64,000 nt of DNA from an uncultured Pseudomonadota bacterium (GTDB taxonomy: Bacteria; Vulcanimicrobiota; Vulcanimicrobiia; Eremiobacterales; Eremiobacteraceae), in assembly GCA_963736005.1 (NCBI GenBank), contig CAVTNB010000002.1, positions 37,444-101,443 of the forward strand, in the 5' to 3' direction. Each line of letters starts with the position of its first letter. Position 1 is the stretch's first letter. The notes below the pieces were generated by a model. The model made no database searches. It was given only the letters and a program-made list of their open reading frames with translations, and was not told the DNA's origin. The translations under genes and the position numbers were made by a program. Below, in pieces: positions 47,893 through 58,024 of the stretch.

Positions 47893-49824
47893 CTATTTGA
47901 TTGGTTGCGGTGTGTCCACGTAATCTTCGTACACAAGCCCTTCGGCAATTTCCATCGACTCGCCCAGAAGATGGTGCGCCAGCGCCGCGTCCTCGCATGT
48001 TTGATTCGCGCTCTTGAGGTTCGCCAAGACATCACTGACCTGGGAGTGAGTGTCGAACGCATACCAGGAGGCGCAGGCGATCTCGCCCGCCGGAATACCG
48101 AGATGGGTTGCTTGCGCGTAACTTGGTGCTCGTTGGCCGGGGAAGCGCGCCTCGAGCGCATGGGCAAAGGCAGAGTAGCGCTCCGGCGAGGATTCAACAT
48201 CGAGCAGCGTGGTCTCCACGGAAAGACCGATGGTCTGGGCCGCGTACATTTCGTCTGACGCCTGTTGCGCTTTGGCGAGCGCAGCGTCCCAAGCAGTCAA
48301 GGCCGGTCCAATATTGGGGGGTCTTGGTGACGCCGTGCCCTGTCGGTGCTCCTGATACTGCGGGAGAGTGGCCGGAGTCATCACGTTGGAAAGAATCTGT
48401 GTTGCAATCAGCGCTTGCGCGATTGCGGCACGGCTCTGCGCGATGCTATCGAGCAGCTGATCGTTGGATCTGTTCAAACCGGCAGTCATCGAGGGATAGT
48501 ATGGAAGCAGCGCTTGGTACTTTGGCGTCAGCGGTGCGTCGTCATCAAACGGCCCCGTCATCTCGCGCAGTGCATCCTGATTTGGGCCAATCAACCCGGG
48601 CGCGGTCGAGACCACATCGCTAATCGCGTCGGCAGTCCCCGACACGTCGGCGTCGAGGTGTGCCAACATTGCCGCCATCGCACCTCCGCCGCTCGGTCCC
48701 CCGGCGCCGCTCGGCTGGGGACCTTGGGGCGATCCTTGGGCCGTCGCCTCCATCGCAGTCGACACTCTGGTGATTTGCTGCTCTAAATTGTCGAGCTCGC
48801 CCGCTCCAATGCGCGCATCATTTTTTGCTTGCGTGAGCGCAGTTTGCGCGTTGGATTGGGCCACCTTCAGCGCGGCGCTCGCCTCTTTGCGTCGCGGATC
48901 GTCCGGAGAAATTGACACCAGCATCACGCGGCTATCGGGCGCCGCGAGGGCTCCGGATTCGCGCAGCGCATAATCGAGTTGCGTGACATGCTCTGCCACA
49001 AGAGGGCTGCTCGCGTCTTTGAGCTTTCGCAACTTTGCCTGAGCGTAGCTGTAGCGGCCTTCTTGCTGGTCGTGGATTGCCTGCGCCGTAAGGGCAGCGT
49101 CCGTTGGGCGATCGAGCTCTGGATATCCAAGCAAATGCGCCACGCGGTCTTGGGGCACGGGGTGATCGATAAAGGCCTTGTCTGCTTTGCTCTCCGGACC
49201 GGAGTCCATTGCGCCGAGTTTGGCCATGACGTCGACCGCTGCTTCGGGATCGAAGCCAGTCTGGTCTGCGAGGCGCATGCCGTAGTGGTCGGCTTGCAAC
49301 TCGTCGAGGCGCGAAAACTTTTGAGTTGCCATTTCGCCGCCAATATCACCTAAAACGCCCGCCACCGGCGACACGATCGAGACAAGCGCGGTGAGAATGC
49401 CGATGATCGTGCCCTGGTTCGATGACTTCACGACGTGTCGCAGCTCGACGTGACCCATCTCGTGCCCCATGGTGGCCGCGAGGTCGTCATCGGAAGAAAC
49501 GAAGTTCAACAAGCCAATGTCGACGTGGATAAAACCACCCTTCATGGCAAACGCGTTGATGTCGGGTGTGGCCAAGATCGTGAAGGTGAAGTTGATGTCG
49601 CGACGCTGGCGGTGCTGCGCCAACTGGCCTCCGATCGAATTGACCCACGCGACGAGGAATGGATCCGTTATCTTGATGCTATGGGCATCGACTTCGGCGC
49701 TCTCTGCTTTTCCCTGCGCAACTTCTTGCGCTGTCGACAGAGCGAGCGCGGGTAAAGCAGAGGCCTGACCCAGCGCGGCGATGGCGATGAGAGCGGTAAG
49801 GTATCGAGCTAGATGGCGAAGCAC
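47893..49824 (-). CDS. M48 family metallopeptidase with about 390-aa uncharacterised C-terminal region
   Basis: Signal peptide. HEMGHVELRH zinc motif inside an M48 domain spanning about 250 aa. The remainder is helical and low-complexity, with no recognised family. Confidence 0.8.
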   Translation of the reverse strand: MLRHLARYLTALIAIAALGQASALPALALSTAQEVAQGKAESAEVDAHSIKITDPFLVAWVNSIGGQLAQHRQRRDINFTFTILATPDINAFAMKGGFIHVDIGLLNFVSSDDDLAATMGHEMGHVELRHVVKSSNQGTIIGILTALVSIVSPVAGVLGDIGGEMATQKFSRLDELQADHYGMRLADQTGFDPEAAVDVMAKLGAMDSGPESKADKAFIDHPVPQDRVAHLLGYPELDRPTDAALTAQAIHDQQEGRYSYAQAKLRKLKDASSPLVAEHVTQLDYALRESGALAAPDSRVMLVSISPDDPRRKEASAALKVAQSNAQTALTQAKNDARIGAGELDNLEQQITRVSTAMEATAQGSPQGPQPSGAGGPSGGGAMAAMLAHLDADVSGTADAISDVVSTAPGLIGPNQDALREMTGPFDDDAPLTPKYQALLPYYPSMTAGLNRSNDQLLDSIAQSRAAIAQALIATQILSNVMTPATLPQYQEHRQGTASPRPPNIGPALTAWDAALAKAQQASDEMYAAQTIGLSVETTLLDVESSPERYSAFAHALEARFPGQRAPSYAQATHLGIPAGEIACASWYAFDTHSQVSDVLANLKSANQTCEDAALAHHLLGESMEIAEGLVYEDYVDTPQPIK

Positions 49825-49934
49825 GGGGACTCTCCCGATTGCGCCATTGCGACGGCTAGTACCTGCACTTTACTTAATTCTAAAGTGTCAATCTGTGACT
49901 GGCCTTAGAAAAATGGCCAAGTGAGAACCAGGAA

Positions 49935-52900
49935 TTACTGCGAGACGATGAGCGTCGACGTGCTCGTGCGCCCGAATTCCTCTGGTGCATATTGCAAATG
50001 GACGTCAGCACCTGGCCACAAATAACTTCCGGGTGTTACCGAACGCACCAAATAGTGCAAGGTGTAGACGCCTGCCTCCAGGCGCGAGGCGTACGCGACC
50101 ACGCGATCTTTGTAAATTGTTTGGTAATCGATTTCCCAAGAATCTCCCATCGCTTCGAAATACGGCGTCGACGTCTTAAAGGTCGTGTCAACCGCTTCCA
50201 ATCCTGCGGGCAATTCGTCCGTGATGACCGCATGATCGACGGGGTGGTCGGTGATGATTTCAAGGCCCACGTCGTAGATCTCCCCGGGCGCGAGCGTCAG
50301 GGGATCGTTCGGCGCATTGAGTCCCATTTTTGCTAACACGGTATCTTTATTGGCCGGACGAATTTCACGAGTAATACGCAAGCCGGCAAGCTGACCTGGT
50401 TGATTACCTTTCAAACGATAACTGTACGAGACAAAGTAGTGCAGCTGGCCTTTGCCGGATTTCGCCAACACGAGATCGTTCGAGCCTGCCGGTACGTCCG
50501 CCATCGGCACGGTGCGTTGATCGGTTGTGATCTTGTATCCGGTGAAAGATACCGATTGCAGGGTCTTGCCGCCAAGTGTGGACATCGCGTTGAAATTTGG
50601 GGGCTGTGGCATGAGCGCCCCATACGCAATGAGCGCCGAGAGCGCTTCCGCGGTGTCGTACGAATCCTGCCACGTGCCATTGTGGCGCAGCGCGAGCAAA
50701 CTAGTCAGCAGCTTGTCAAGCAACGCGGGATCGCTGTTGCGCGCAACATACAAGCGCAGCGCTTGCGCGCGCATCACTGCCGGCGACGCGAGCCAACCCC
50801 ACTCCTCTGGATAGTTGATCGTCGCAAAGCGGCCGGTCACATAGATCGTCTCTTGGAGTTTGTCGGCCATCGCTGTGCCTTGCGGCTGCCAGGCCGGAAA
50901 GCGCAACAGGTAGCGCGCCAGTTCCACTTGACCGAGCAAATCGAATCGCTCGCGGTTGTCGTAAATGTCCGAGAGAAAATCATCGCGGGCCTGGCCGAGG
51001 TCGCCAAGTGCGAGCAAGATGTCGAGCCGAACGCGACTCATGCACGGTTCGATGCCGGAGCACACGTCGGGATCGGCGAGCTTGCGCTTGAGATAGGTCT
51101 TGACGCGCGCGACCATTGCCGGATCGACGTTGAGTCCGGCCGCCTGCGCCGCAGCGAGGCTCTTGGCCGCATACGGGGTCACGAACACGTCGGATTCTGA
51201 AGAGCATGGACACCACCCGAAGCCACCGTCGGCCTTCTGCAGCTTCGCCAATTGCGCTAACGCCGCCGCCGCGCTCGCATTTGCGTTGAACGAACCGAGT
51301 GATTGCGCGTAGCGCTGGGCAAGCAGTTTGAGATCCGCACTGACCATGAGTCGGCTCGCCGCTGGCTCGAGGAATGGCAAGTCGTTCGCATTGAGCACTC
51401 CCATCGCGGGGACAGTAACTTCGGGGATCAGCGTGCTCGCCAAGTCAATCTGCAACCCGCCGCTGTCGCTCGCCACATGAGGATCGACGCGAATGGGAAT
51501 TGTTGCGCTCGCTTGCGTGACGCCCGACTCGACAATGGACTCCATCACCGAACTCGGCGTGCGAATATCCAGCGGAACCTGGAAGGCGTCCGTGGCGCCA
51601 CCGATGCCACTCTTAAAGGTTACCTGCGCCGTGCCAACGCCGGTTGCAAATATCGTAAAGCGATAGGCGGCGGTGCCTGCTTGCGCTGCGGTCGAAAAAT
51701 TCGTGGAACTCGTCGCGTTGTTCGCGGACTGGAAGACGAGCGGGCCGGTCAGCGATCCCAAGATGTCGAGCGTCCCCGAACCCGCTGAAACGTTCGTGAC
51801 GCTCACGCCCGCTTGCATCGAGTCTCCCGGCCGCGCGAACTGTGGCAACAGCGGATTGGTGACGAGCGGCTTTGAGGTCACAAAGGTCGTGTCGGCGTTG
51901 CCGAAGCGGAAGTCAGTGCTGTCCGATCCAGCAGCCACTGCCACCGCCATCACTCGCCACGTTGTGAGATCATCCGGTAACCGGAAACTGAATTGGGCAC
52001 TGCCACTCGCGTCCGTATGCAGCGCGCCATTGTAGTAAGCAAGGGGAGCAAAGTTCGTGCGCACGCGCGTGCTCGCGGCTCCAGCCAGGAATCCCCCTCC
52101 ATATCCCCAGCCCTTTTGCAGCGGGGATGCCATCTGCTGGAGGACGACATTCGGTCGATTGTCCGCAAAGATGGTCGAGATGAACTGCGGCGCGTACACG
52201 GTCTGCACGAGATCAGGCGGCCGGTAGCCGGTGAGTTGCAGCACGGTCTCGTTCACGACCATGACGGCAAGCTCTCCTTGGCGTGGCTTGCCTTGCGCGT
52301 CGCGCACGGAGAGTCTGACTGTTTGCTGCGCACCTGGTTCGAGGTTCGCGTGCAGCGGCGACAGCGTCACTTTCAGATACTTGTTGTCGAGATTAATTGC
52401 AAACGGAGCAAATCCGGTGCGGACCAAACTGTCGATGCTGCCCGGCGCGAGGCTTCGCAACGGTTTTCCGCGCCTCACGAGCACGGCTTCCACGGCCGCA
52501 TTTGGGAGCATGTCGGCGGTCACGCGGAACTTGACCTCCGGTGCACTGCCGCTCACGCTTTGCACGGCGCTGTAAAGAATCTTATTACGGATCACTGCGA
52601 AATAGAGCTGCCCGCTGGGATAGGGTGACTGGATAAGCGCCGTGGCGATGTCGCCCGTGTGATACGTTGTCCTGTCGAGCTTGACTTGCAAGACGTTGCG
52701 ATCGTACGCGCCCCAGTCCACCTCGCCGGGACCGGTCACCCAGACCTGGGTATCGGTGGCCGTTGTGTCATCTTTGGCATCGCCAAAGTTCGCCCGAATT
52801 CGATACGGTCCGGCGGCGCTCGGGGCGAGCATCACGCTTTGCGCTGAATCGCCAGAGGTGGCTTGCGCGCTTGCCACAGTTTTGTACTGCACCGCATTGA

Positions 52901-55643
52901 CGTCCGTGTCGCTGCCCTCAACGACTTGCGTGGCGTTGCCGTACGTCATCTGCTGTAGTTCGAACTTGACATCGCGGCCGCGGAGCAACGATCCAGTCGC
53001 ATCGGAAACGACAAACTTCACCGCGATCGGCTTGCCCGCCGTGCCGACCCAGTCACTCTGCAAGCCAATCAACGCATCGCCCGGCAACACCGTGAACGTC
53101 TTGGAATTTGCGACCGAGAGATTCGAGACATCTACCACTTGCGCGTCGACTTCGTAGGACAACGGATAGGGCACGCTTGCGTCAACCTTGATCTGCTGCT
53201 CGAACTTACCCGTGTCGTTTAACGCCTGCTTTGTTTGCACGACGTCGCTTGAAATCGATGGTGGTTGCTCGGGCCAAAACCACTGCCGTCCAAAGGTGTA
53301 GTCGTCCCAACCTTTGGGAGAAAATGTTGTCTGCTGGCGCGTGACGTAATAACTGGCTTGACCTGCGGCCACCGGAGAGCCAAACAGATAGGCGCTCGTA
53401 GCCGAGGCAAGCACGGTATCGCCGGCGTAGGCGATATCTTTATCGAGCGTCAGATCTACTTTGAAATTGGGCGGCTTGAACTCAGCGACGCGAAAATCAC
53501 CCGTCACCGTCGCACCGTTGGCAGCCTTGGCAGATACCGAATAATACCCTAACGGCAAATTTAGGCGTAGCGGCAGCTCGAAAGAAAACATGCCGTAGGA
53601 ATCGGTCGTGTGTTGGCCGAGATCGCTCTTGCTGCCATCCGGCGCGAGCAGGGTTACTCGATACGGCGTACTGCGATCCTGATGCAACACGCCGTTTTGC
53701 ACGTAGTAGGCGGCGCCCGTAAACTCGGCCTTTTCGCTGGGCTGATAGAGCGAGCGATCGGAAAAAATCGCGCCGCGCGACTGAGGATCGCCGCGATCCC
53801 ACTGGGCATCGATACCGTATCCATACGCACCAGCATAGGGATCCGTGCGCACGTAGGCCCAATCAGCGCCTTCGCGGGCAATGGCCACCAATGACGGCCC
53901 GCCGTAACTCCCGAGGCTGCCTGCGATGCAACGCTGCATCGCATCATAGGGGATGAGGAACGAGCCGCTCGCGTCCGTCGTACCGGTCGCGCACGGGGCC
54001 GCGGGCGAGCTGTAGACTTCGACCTGCGCAGCCGACACGTTCGAGCCATCGGAGAGATGCTCCACGCGCACCAACCCTTGCGTTGGAAACCATTGCGCGA
54101 ACACGCCGAGGTTCGTCAACTGGATGAATCCGTAAAACTTTATCAGCGGCGGGTCTTGCTGCGTCGTCGCCATGGCACCGTAGGCGAGCAAGCCGGTTGT
54201 GCCCCCGAGTTTCTGGCGCAGGGGAATGGCAATGTTCAGCACTTGATTTTTCGCCGCGTTGACGTGGAGGGCGGGCCAGCGTGAAGGATCAGGCAACATC
54301 GACCCATTGGAGTCGTCGGGATATGGGTTATCGTACGCGACGATGTCGCGAGGCTGCAGCACTCTGAAGGTTGCAAAATACTGAGCATTGACCAGATTCA
54401 CGGCTGAAATATTTAACTGCAAGTTGTCGTCGGCCGGGAAGATATTCACACCATCAGGCATCCAAAAATTTGACGTCAGATCGCCGGTGGCGAGCGTGAC
54501 CGCTTTGGTCGTGCCGAATGTTTGACCAAACGAATCAGTAACGCCCGGACCAACGGTAATGCGATAGGTCGTTCTTGGCGCAAGCCAGGCAGTATTGACC
54601 GTGACGGCGCTATCGCCGTCTGACACTTGCCACAAACCAGCGGTGCTCTGCGGCACGGGCGCCATCGAGAGATTCTTCTGCACGGAGTCTGCCACGAGCG
54701 GGTTGCTGAACTGCAACTGCGGCGAGCCGCCTACATACCGGTCGACGACTTGGGTATTGCGACTCAGAGAAAAGTCGAGCACACCAAACGTTTTGATTTG
54801 ACCGACGAACTGCTGTGTGCTCGGCAGGTTGCCGCGCGCCGGCATCAACCCAGCAGATATGACCACGTTGTAGGTCGTGTTCTTGTCCAGCGGCTGCTTG
54901 GGAGTGACGAGATATGGCCACGCGCGGACCGAGGCATCGTAGCTCATCTGCGGTTGATCTTCGTCATTCGGAGATGGCGTTTGCGATGTGTCCGGTACGA
55001 TCGTCACGGGCGCCGTGGCTCTGGTGCGCGTGTTGACCAACGTGACGTGGTCGGCGAGCGACTGCGGATCAAGTTCGACATTTGATTTGAAACGGATCGT
55101 CGGCGTCAAACTCACTACTTGCGGTGGATTGCCGAGTGAATCCTGATTCGTCAAGCTGGGGAGATCTGTTATCTCGAGCGGCGCGGTGGTAAAGGTCCAC
55201 GAAAGATCGCGGTCGAGCGTGTGACCGGATACATCGCCGAGTCCCGCGTGCACGGTGATGCGGATGCGGGTTGCCAGCGGCAGCGCTTGGTCCTGCTGGA
55301 AGCCAACCATGCGCGGCGTCAAGAATCGAAAGCGACCAGCCAGTGCAGGATCGATGCTGAACTGCGCGAGTGCCTGCTGCTGCGACGGATCTTCGATTGC
55401 TTGCAGTGGAATGAGCGGATTTCGAAAAATGATGCGAATTTGCGCGAGCGATTTTGCTTCGCCTTGCGGGCTGATCTGCTCGATCCAGGCTGTCAGCGTG
55501 GGCGACGGAACGGGCGACACCGCGGGAAGCGCCCGCTCGGGCGCACCGCCCTTGACCGTCGCGCACGACGCCATGGCGCAACACAAAACAAGAATATGTA
55601 GTGTCGCGAATTTATTCGCGACTGCGCATCGCCTTGGTCTCAT
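49935..55643 (-). CDS. bacterial alpha-2-macroglobulin family protein (1902 aa), lipoprotein-type signal, no CxEQ thioester motif
   Basis: N-terminal MRPRR...ILVLCCAMASC. Multiple MG-domain-like repeats and a C-terminal alpha-helical TED-like region (GGFGWCP...). The position where CxEQ is expected reads LPFLEPAASRL. Confidence 0.85.
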   Translation of the reverse strand: MRPRRCAVANKFATLHILVLCCAMASCATVKGGAPERALPAVSPVPSPTLTAWIEQISPQGEAKSLAQIRIIFRNPLIPLQAIEDPSQQQALAQFSIDPALAGRFRFLTPRMVGFQQDQALPLATRIRITVHAGLGDVSGHTLDRDLSWTFTTAPLEITDLPSLTNQDSLGNPPQVVSLTPTIRFKSNVELDPQSLADHVTLVNTRTRATAPVTIVPDTSQTPSPNDEDQPQMSYDASVRAWPYLVTPKQPLDKNTTYNVVISAGLMPARGNLPSTQQFVGQIKTFGVLDFSLSRNTQVVDRYVGGSPQLQFSNPLVADSVQKNLSMAPVPQSTAGLWQVSDGDSAVTVNTAWLAPRTTYRITVGPGVTDSFGQTFGTTKAVTLATGDLTSNFWMPDGVNIFPADDNLQLNISAVNLVNAQYFATFRVLQPRDIVAYDNPYPDDSNGSMLPDPSRWPALHVNAAKNQVLNIAIPLRQKLGGTTGLLAYGAMATTQQDPPLIKFYGFIQLTNLGVFAQWFPTQGLVRVEHLSDGSNVSAAQVEVYSSPAAPCATGTTDASGSFLIPYDAMQRCIAGSLGSYGGPSLVAIAREGADWAYVRTDPYAGAYGYGIDAQWDRGDPQSRGAIFSDRSLYQPSEKAEFTGAAYYVQNGVLHQDRSTPYRVTLLAPDGSKSDLGQHTTDSYGMFSFELPLRLNLPLGYYSVSAKAANGATVTGDFRVAEFKPPNFKVDLTLDKDIAYAGDTVLASATSAYLFGSPVAAGQASYYVTRQQTTFSPKGWDDYTFGRQWFWPEQPPSISSDVVQTKQALNDTGKFEQQIKVDASVPYPLSYEVDAQVVDVSNLSVANSKTFTVLPGDALIGLQSDWVGTAGKPIAVKFVVSDATGSLLRGRDVKFELQQMTYGNATQVVEGSDTDVNAVQYKTVASAQATSGDSAQSVMLAPSAAGPYRIRANFGDAKDDTTATDTQVWVTGPGEVDWGAYDRNVLQVKLDRTTYHTGDIATALIQSPYPSGQLYFAVIRNKILYSAVQSVSGSAPEVKFRVTADMLPNAAVEAVLVRRGKPLRSLAPGSIDSLVRTGFAPFAINLDNKYLKVTLSPLHANLEPGAQQTVRLSVRDAQGKPRQGELAVMVVNETVLQLTGYRPPDLVQTVYAPQFISTIFADNRPNVVLQQMASPLQKGWGYGGGFLAGAASTRVRTNFAPLAYYNGALHTDASGSAQFSFRLPDDLTTWRVMAVAVAAGSDSTDFRFGNADTTFVTSKPLVTNPLLPQFARPGDSMQAGVSVTNVSAGSGTLDILGSLTGPLVFQSANNATSSTNFSTAAQAGTAAYRFTIFATGVGTAQVTFKSGIGGATDAFQVPLDIRTPSSVMESIVESGVTQASATIPIRVDPHVASDSGGLQIDLASTLIPEVTVPAMGVLNANDLPFLEPAASRLMVSADLKLLAQRYAQSLGSFNANASAAAALAQLAKLQKADGGFGWCPCSSESDVFVTPYAAKSLAAAQAAGLNVDPAMVARVKTYLKRKLADPDVCSGIEPCMSRVRLDILLALGDLGQARDDFLSDIYDNRERFDLLGQVELARYLLRFPAWQPQGTAMADKLQETIYVTGRFATINYPEEWGWLASPAVMRAQALRLYVARNSDPALLDKLLTSLLALRHNGTWQDSYDTAEALSALIAYGALMPQPPNFNAMSTLGGKTLQSVSFTGYKITTDQRTVPMADVPAGSNDLVLAKSGKGQLHYFVSYSYRLKGNQPGQLAGLRITREIRPANKDTVLAKMGLNAPNDPLTLAPGEIYDVGLEIITDHPVDHAVITDELPAGLEAVDTTFKTSTPYFEAMGDSWEIDYQTIYKDRVVAYASRLEAGVYTLHYLVRSVTPGSYLWPGADVHLQYAPEEFGRTSTSTLIVSQ
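55598..55622 (+). repeat. GTAG-headed palindrome GTCGCGAAT-TT-ATTCGCGAC (REP-like, CGCGAAT family)
   Basis: Read directly. It lies within codons 8-15 of the alpha-2-macroglobulin maximal ORF, in the region shared with the divergent pbpC gene. Confidence 0.6.
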
Positions 55644-55747
55644 CGCCGTTGGCTCACCCCTATACGCCGAAACCCAGGGAGCGATCGGCTCTTAGCCGAC
55701 CGCGTTTGGCCTGCATGAAGGTACGTCACTTTCTTGAACCTTCCCCC

Positions 55748-58015
55748 ATGTTTTCGCGCCGGCGCATCTGGGGCGCCCTCGTCACCCTCGCGGGACTCGC
55801 CCTAGCGATCCGCCTGCTTCCTTATCTCGCACCCATTCGCGCCGGAGATATCATCCAGCACCAACAGGCGATTGAGTTTACCGATCGCAACGGTTTGCCG
55901 CTTGGCACGGTCCTCACGAGGGATCAAGAACACACAGTCGCGGTGCCACTCAGCGCGGTAGCGCCCAGCTTTCTGCACGCTATCGTTGCTGCAGAAGACA
56001 GCCGCTTTGCAAGCCACGGACCGGTCGACTACCTAGCGATGGCCCGTGCGTTGTGGCAGGACGTCCGCTACGGATATGCGGTGAGTGGCGCTTCGACAAT
56101 CACGATGCAGCTGGCCCGGATGATTCGCCCCTCTCCGAGCACGATACCGGGCAAACTCCTCCAGGTCTGGACGGCCTGGCGTCTCGCGGCAGGCATGAGC
56201 CGCGCCGAGATCCTCTCCGCGTACGTCAATCGGGTGCCTATGGGCAGCAACCTCTATGGCGTTGAGGCCGGCGCACGAACGTACCTCGGGCTGCCCGCCG
56301 CGCAGCTCGACCTCGCTCAAGCGAGCATGCTTGCGGCCATACCCAACGATCCAACCGAACTTTATCCGTACGAGAACTGGGGCGCACTCAAGGCGCGTCA
56401 GCGCTACGTGCTCGAGCGCATGCGCAAGGCGGGCTACATAGATCAAATGCAAGCACGACGCGCAGCCGCGGAAGAAATCTCTCTACAGCCACGCGGAGAA
56501 GGCATCATTGCCGCGCCGCATTTCTTGTTCTGGCTTGCCGCCCAGCTGCCGGACGGCTCGGCGCGCGTGCGAACAACCATCGACCGCAATCTGCAGCAAT
56601 TCGTTGAAGCCCAAGTCGCCCAAGTCATCGGCGATCTCTCTTCCCGCAACGTCCATCACGCTGCCGTGCTTGTGATCGACAACCACAGCCGCGAAGTGCT
56701 GGCGTACGTCGGGTCGCCGGACTACTTTTCGGAAACCCAGATGGGACGCAACGACGGCGTCCAGGCTTTGCGTCAACCCGGTTCAGCACTCAAACCGTTT
56801 CTGTACGAATTGGCTTTGGAAACACACGCCATCCGTCCCAACACAATCTTAGCGGACGTGCCAACCCACTACGCCATTCCGGGCGCGCTGCTCTACAGTC
56901 CCGTCGACTACAATGGATCGTACCTGGGTCCCGTCCGAGTGCGGGTGGCCCTTGCAGATTCGCTCAACGTGCCTGCGGTTCGCGTGCTCTCGATGGTTGG
57001 CGTTCCTCAATTTCTCGATCGGCTCCACCAACTGGGCTTCGCTCATCTCACGCGCTCTCCGGACTTCTATGGCCTGGGCCTCACGCTCGGCGGTGGAGAG
57101 GTGAGCCTCTGGGAACTCACCCGGGCGTATGTGACCCTTGCGCACCAAGGCCAACCCGCTGACTTTGAAACGGTTCTTGGGATGGCCTCGGCCGGCCGAA
57201 CTTCGTCGGAGCGCATCGGCGACATCACTTCATGGGAACTAGTGAGAGACATTCTCGCAGATTCGCATGCTCGTGCTCGAGCCTTTGGCGTCAATTCTGT
57301 CTTGGACATGCCGTTTTCGGCCGCGGTGAAGACCGGTACGTCATCTGACTTTCGCGACACGTGGACTGTAGGATTCACAAATGACTACACCGTGGGCGTG
57401 TGGGTGGGCAACTTCAATGGCGATCCCATGCAGCATGTTTCCGGCGTCACCGGTGCTGGCCCGTTGTGGAATAGAATCCTGTTGCATCTGCATGAGGATC
57501 GAGACCCGCAGGCGTTCGCTGCGCCACAAGGTCTCGCACTAGAACCGATATGTGCGACAACGGGTCTGCGGCCTACGCAATCTTGCAGCGCGGTTGTGTT
57601 TGAGTACTTGTATCCCCAAGACATGGCAGCGTATCTGGCGCCACCGCCTCCCGACCTCGCCCCGCTCTACGATCAGTGGATCTCGACCCAAGAAGCTGCG
57701 CAAGCCGAGCACTTGCGCATACTCTTCCCTCATAATGGGGACGTCTTTGTTTTTCATCCGCGTGCGGCAGATTTTTCAAAGAACACACAGGCGCTGCGAT
57801 TTCAAACAGCGGCCCGCACGGGTCAAGTGGTTCGGTTTTGGCTCAACGGCACGTCGATCGGTAGCGATGCATCAAACGCCGCTTTCTGGCCGCTGCGCGT
57901 TGGAACGTGGACGCTCAAGGCCGCGACGAAGACGCAGAGCGATCGGGTAACCTTTACGGTGCTTGAAGACCAAAGTCCGACATTGCGCCCTGGCTTTTCA
58001 CTCGTCTCGCGCTAA
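55748..58015 (+). CDS. pbpC: penicillin-binding protein 1C (transglycosylase + transpeptidase + C-terminal domain)
   Basis: GT51 motifs AIVAAEDSRFASHGPVD and ...RMIRPS; transpeptidase SALKPF, SxN and KTGTS. Start ATG 55748 (MFSRRRIWGALVTLAGLALAI); alternatives at 55715 and 55601. Confidence 0.9.
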   Translation: MFSRRRIWGALVTLAGLALAIRLLPYLAPIRAGDIIQHQQAIEFTDRNGLPLGTVLTRDQEHTVAVPLSAVAPSFLHAIVAAEDSRFASHGPVDYLAMARALWQDVRYGYAVSGASTITMQLARMIRPSPSTIPGKLLQVWTAWRLAAGMSRAEILSAYVNRVPMGSNLYGVEAGARTYLGLPAAQLDLAQASMLAAIPNDPTELYPYENWGALKARQRYVLERMRKAGYIDQMQARRAAAEEISLQPRGEGIIAAPHFLFWLAAQLPDGSARVRTTIDRNLQQFVEAQVAQVIGDLSSRNVHHAAVLVIDNHSREVLAYVGSPDYFSETQMGRNDGVQALRQPGSALKPFLYELALETHAIRPNTILADVPTHYAIPGALLYSPVDYNGSYLGPVRVRVALADSLNVPAVRVLSMVGVPQFLDRLHQLGFAHLTRSPDFYGLGLTLGGGEVSLWELTRAYVTLAHQGQPADFETVLGMASAGRTSSERIGDITSWELVRDILADSHARARAFGVNSVLDMPFSAAVKTGTSSDFRDTWTVGFTNDYTVGVWVGNFNGDPMQHVSGVTGAGPLWNRILLHLHEDRDPQAFAAPQGLALEPICATTGLRPTQSCSAVVFEYLYPQDMAAYLAPPPPDLAPLYDQWISTQEAAQAEHLRILFPHNGDVFVFHPRAADFSKNTQALRFQTAARTGQVVRFWLNGTSIGSDASNAAFWPLRVGTWTLKAATKTQSDRVTFTVLEDQSPTLRPGFSLVSR

Positions 58016-58024
58016 GTTCGCCCG

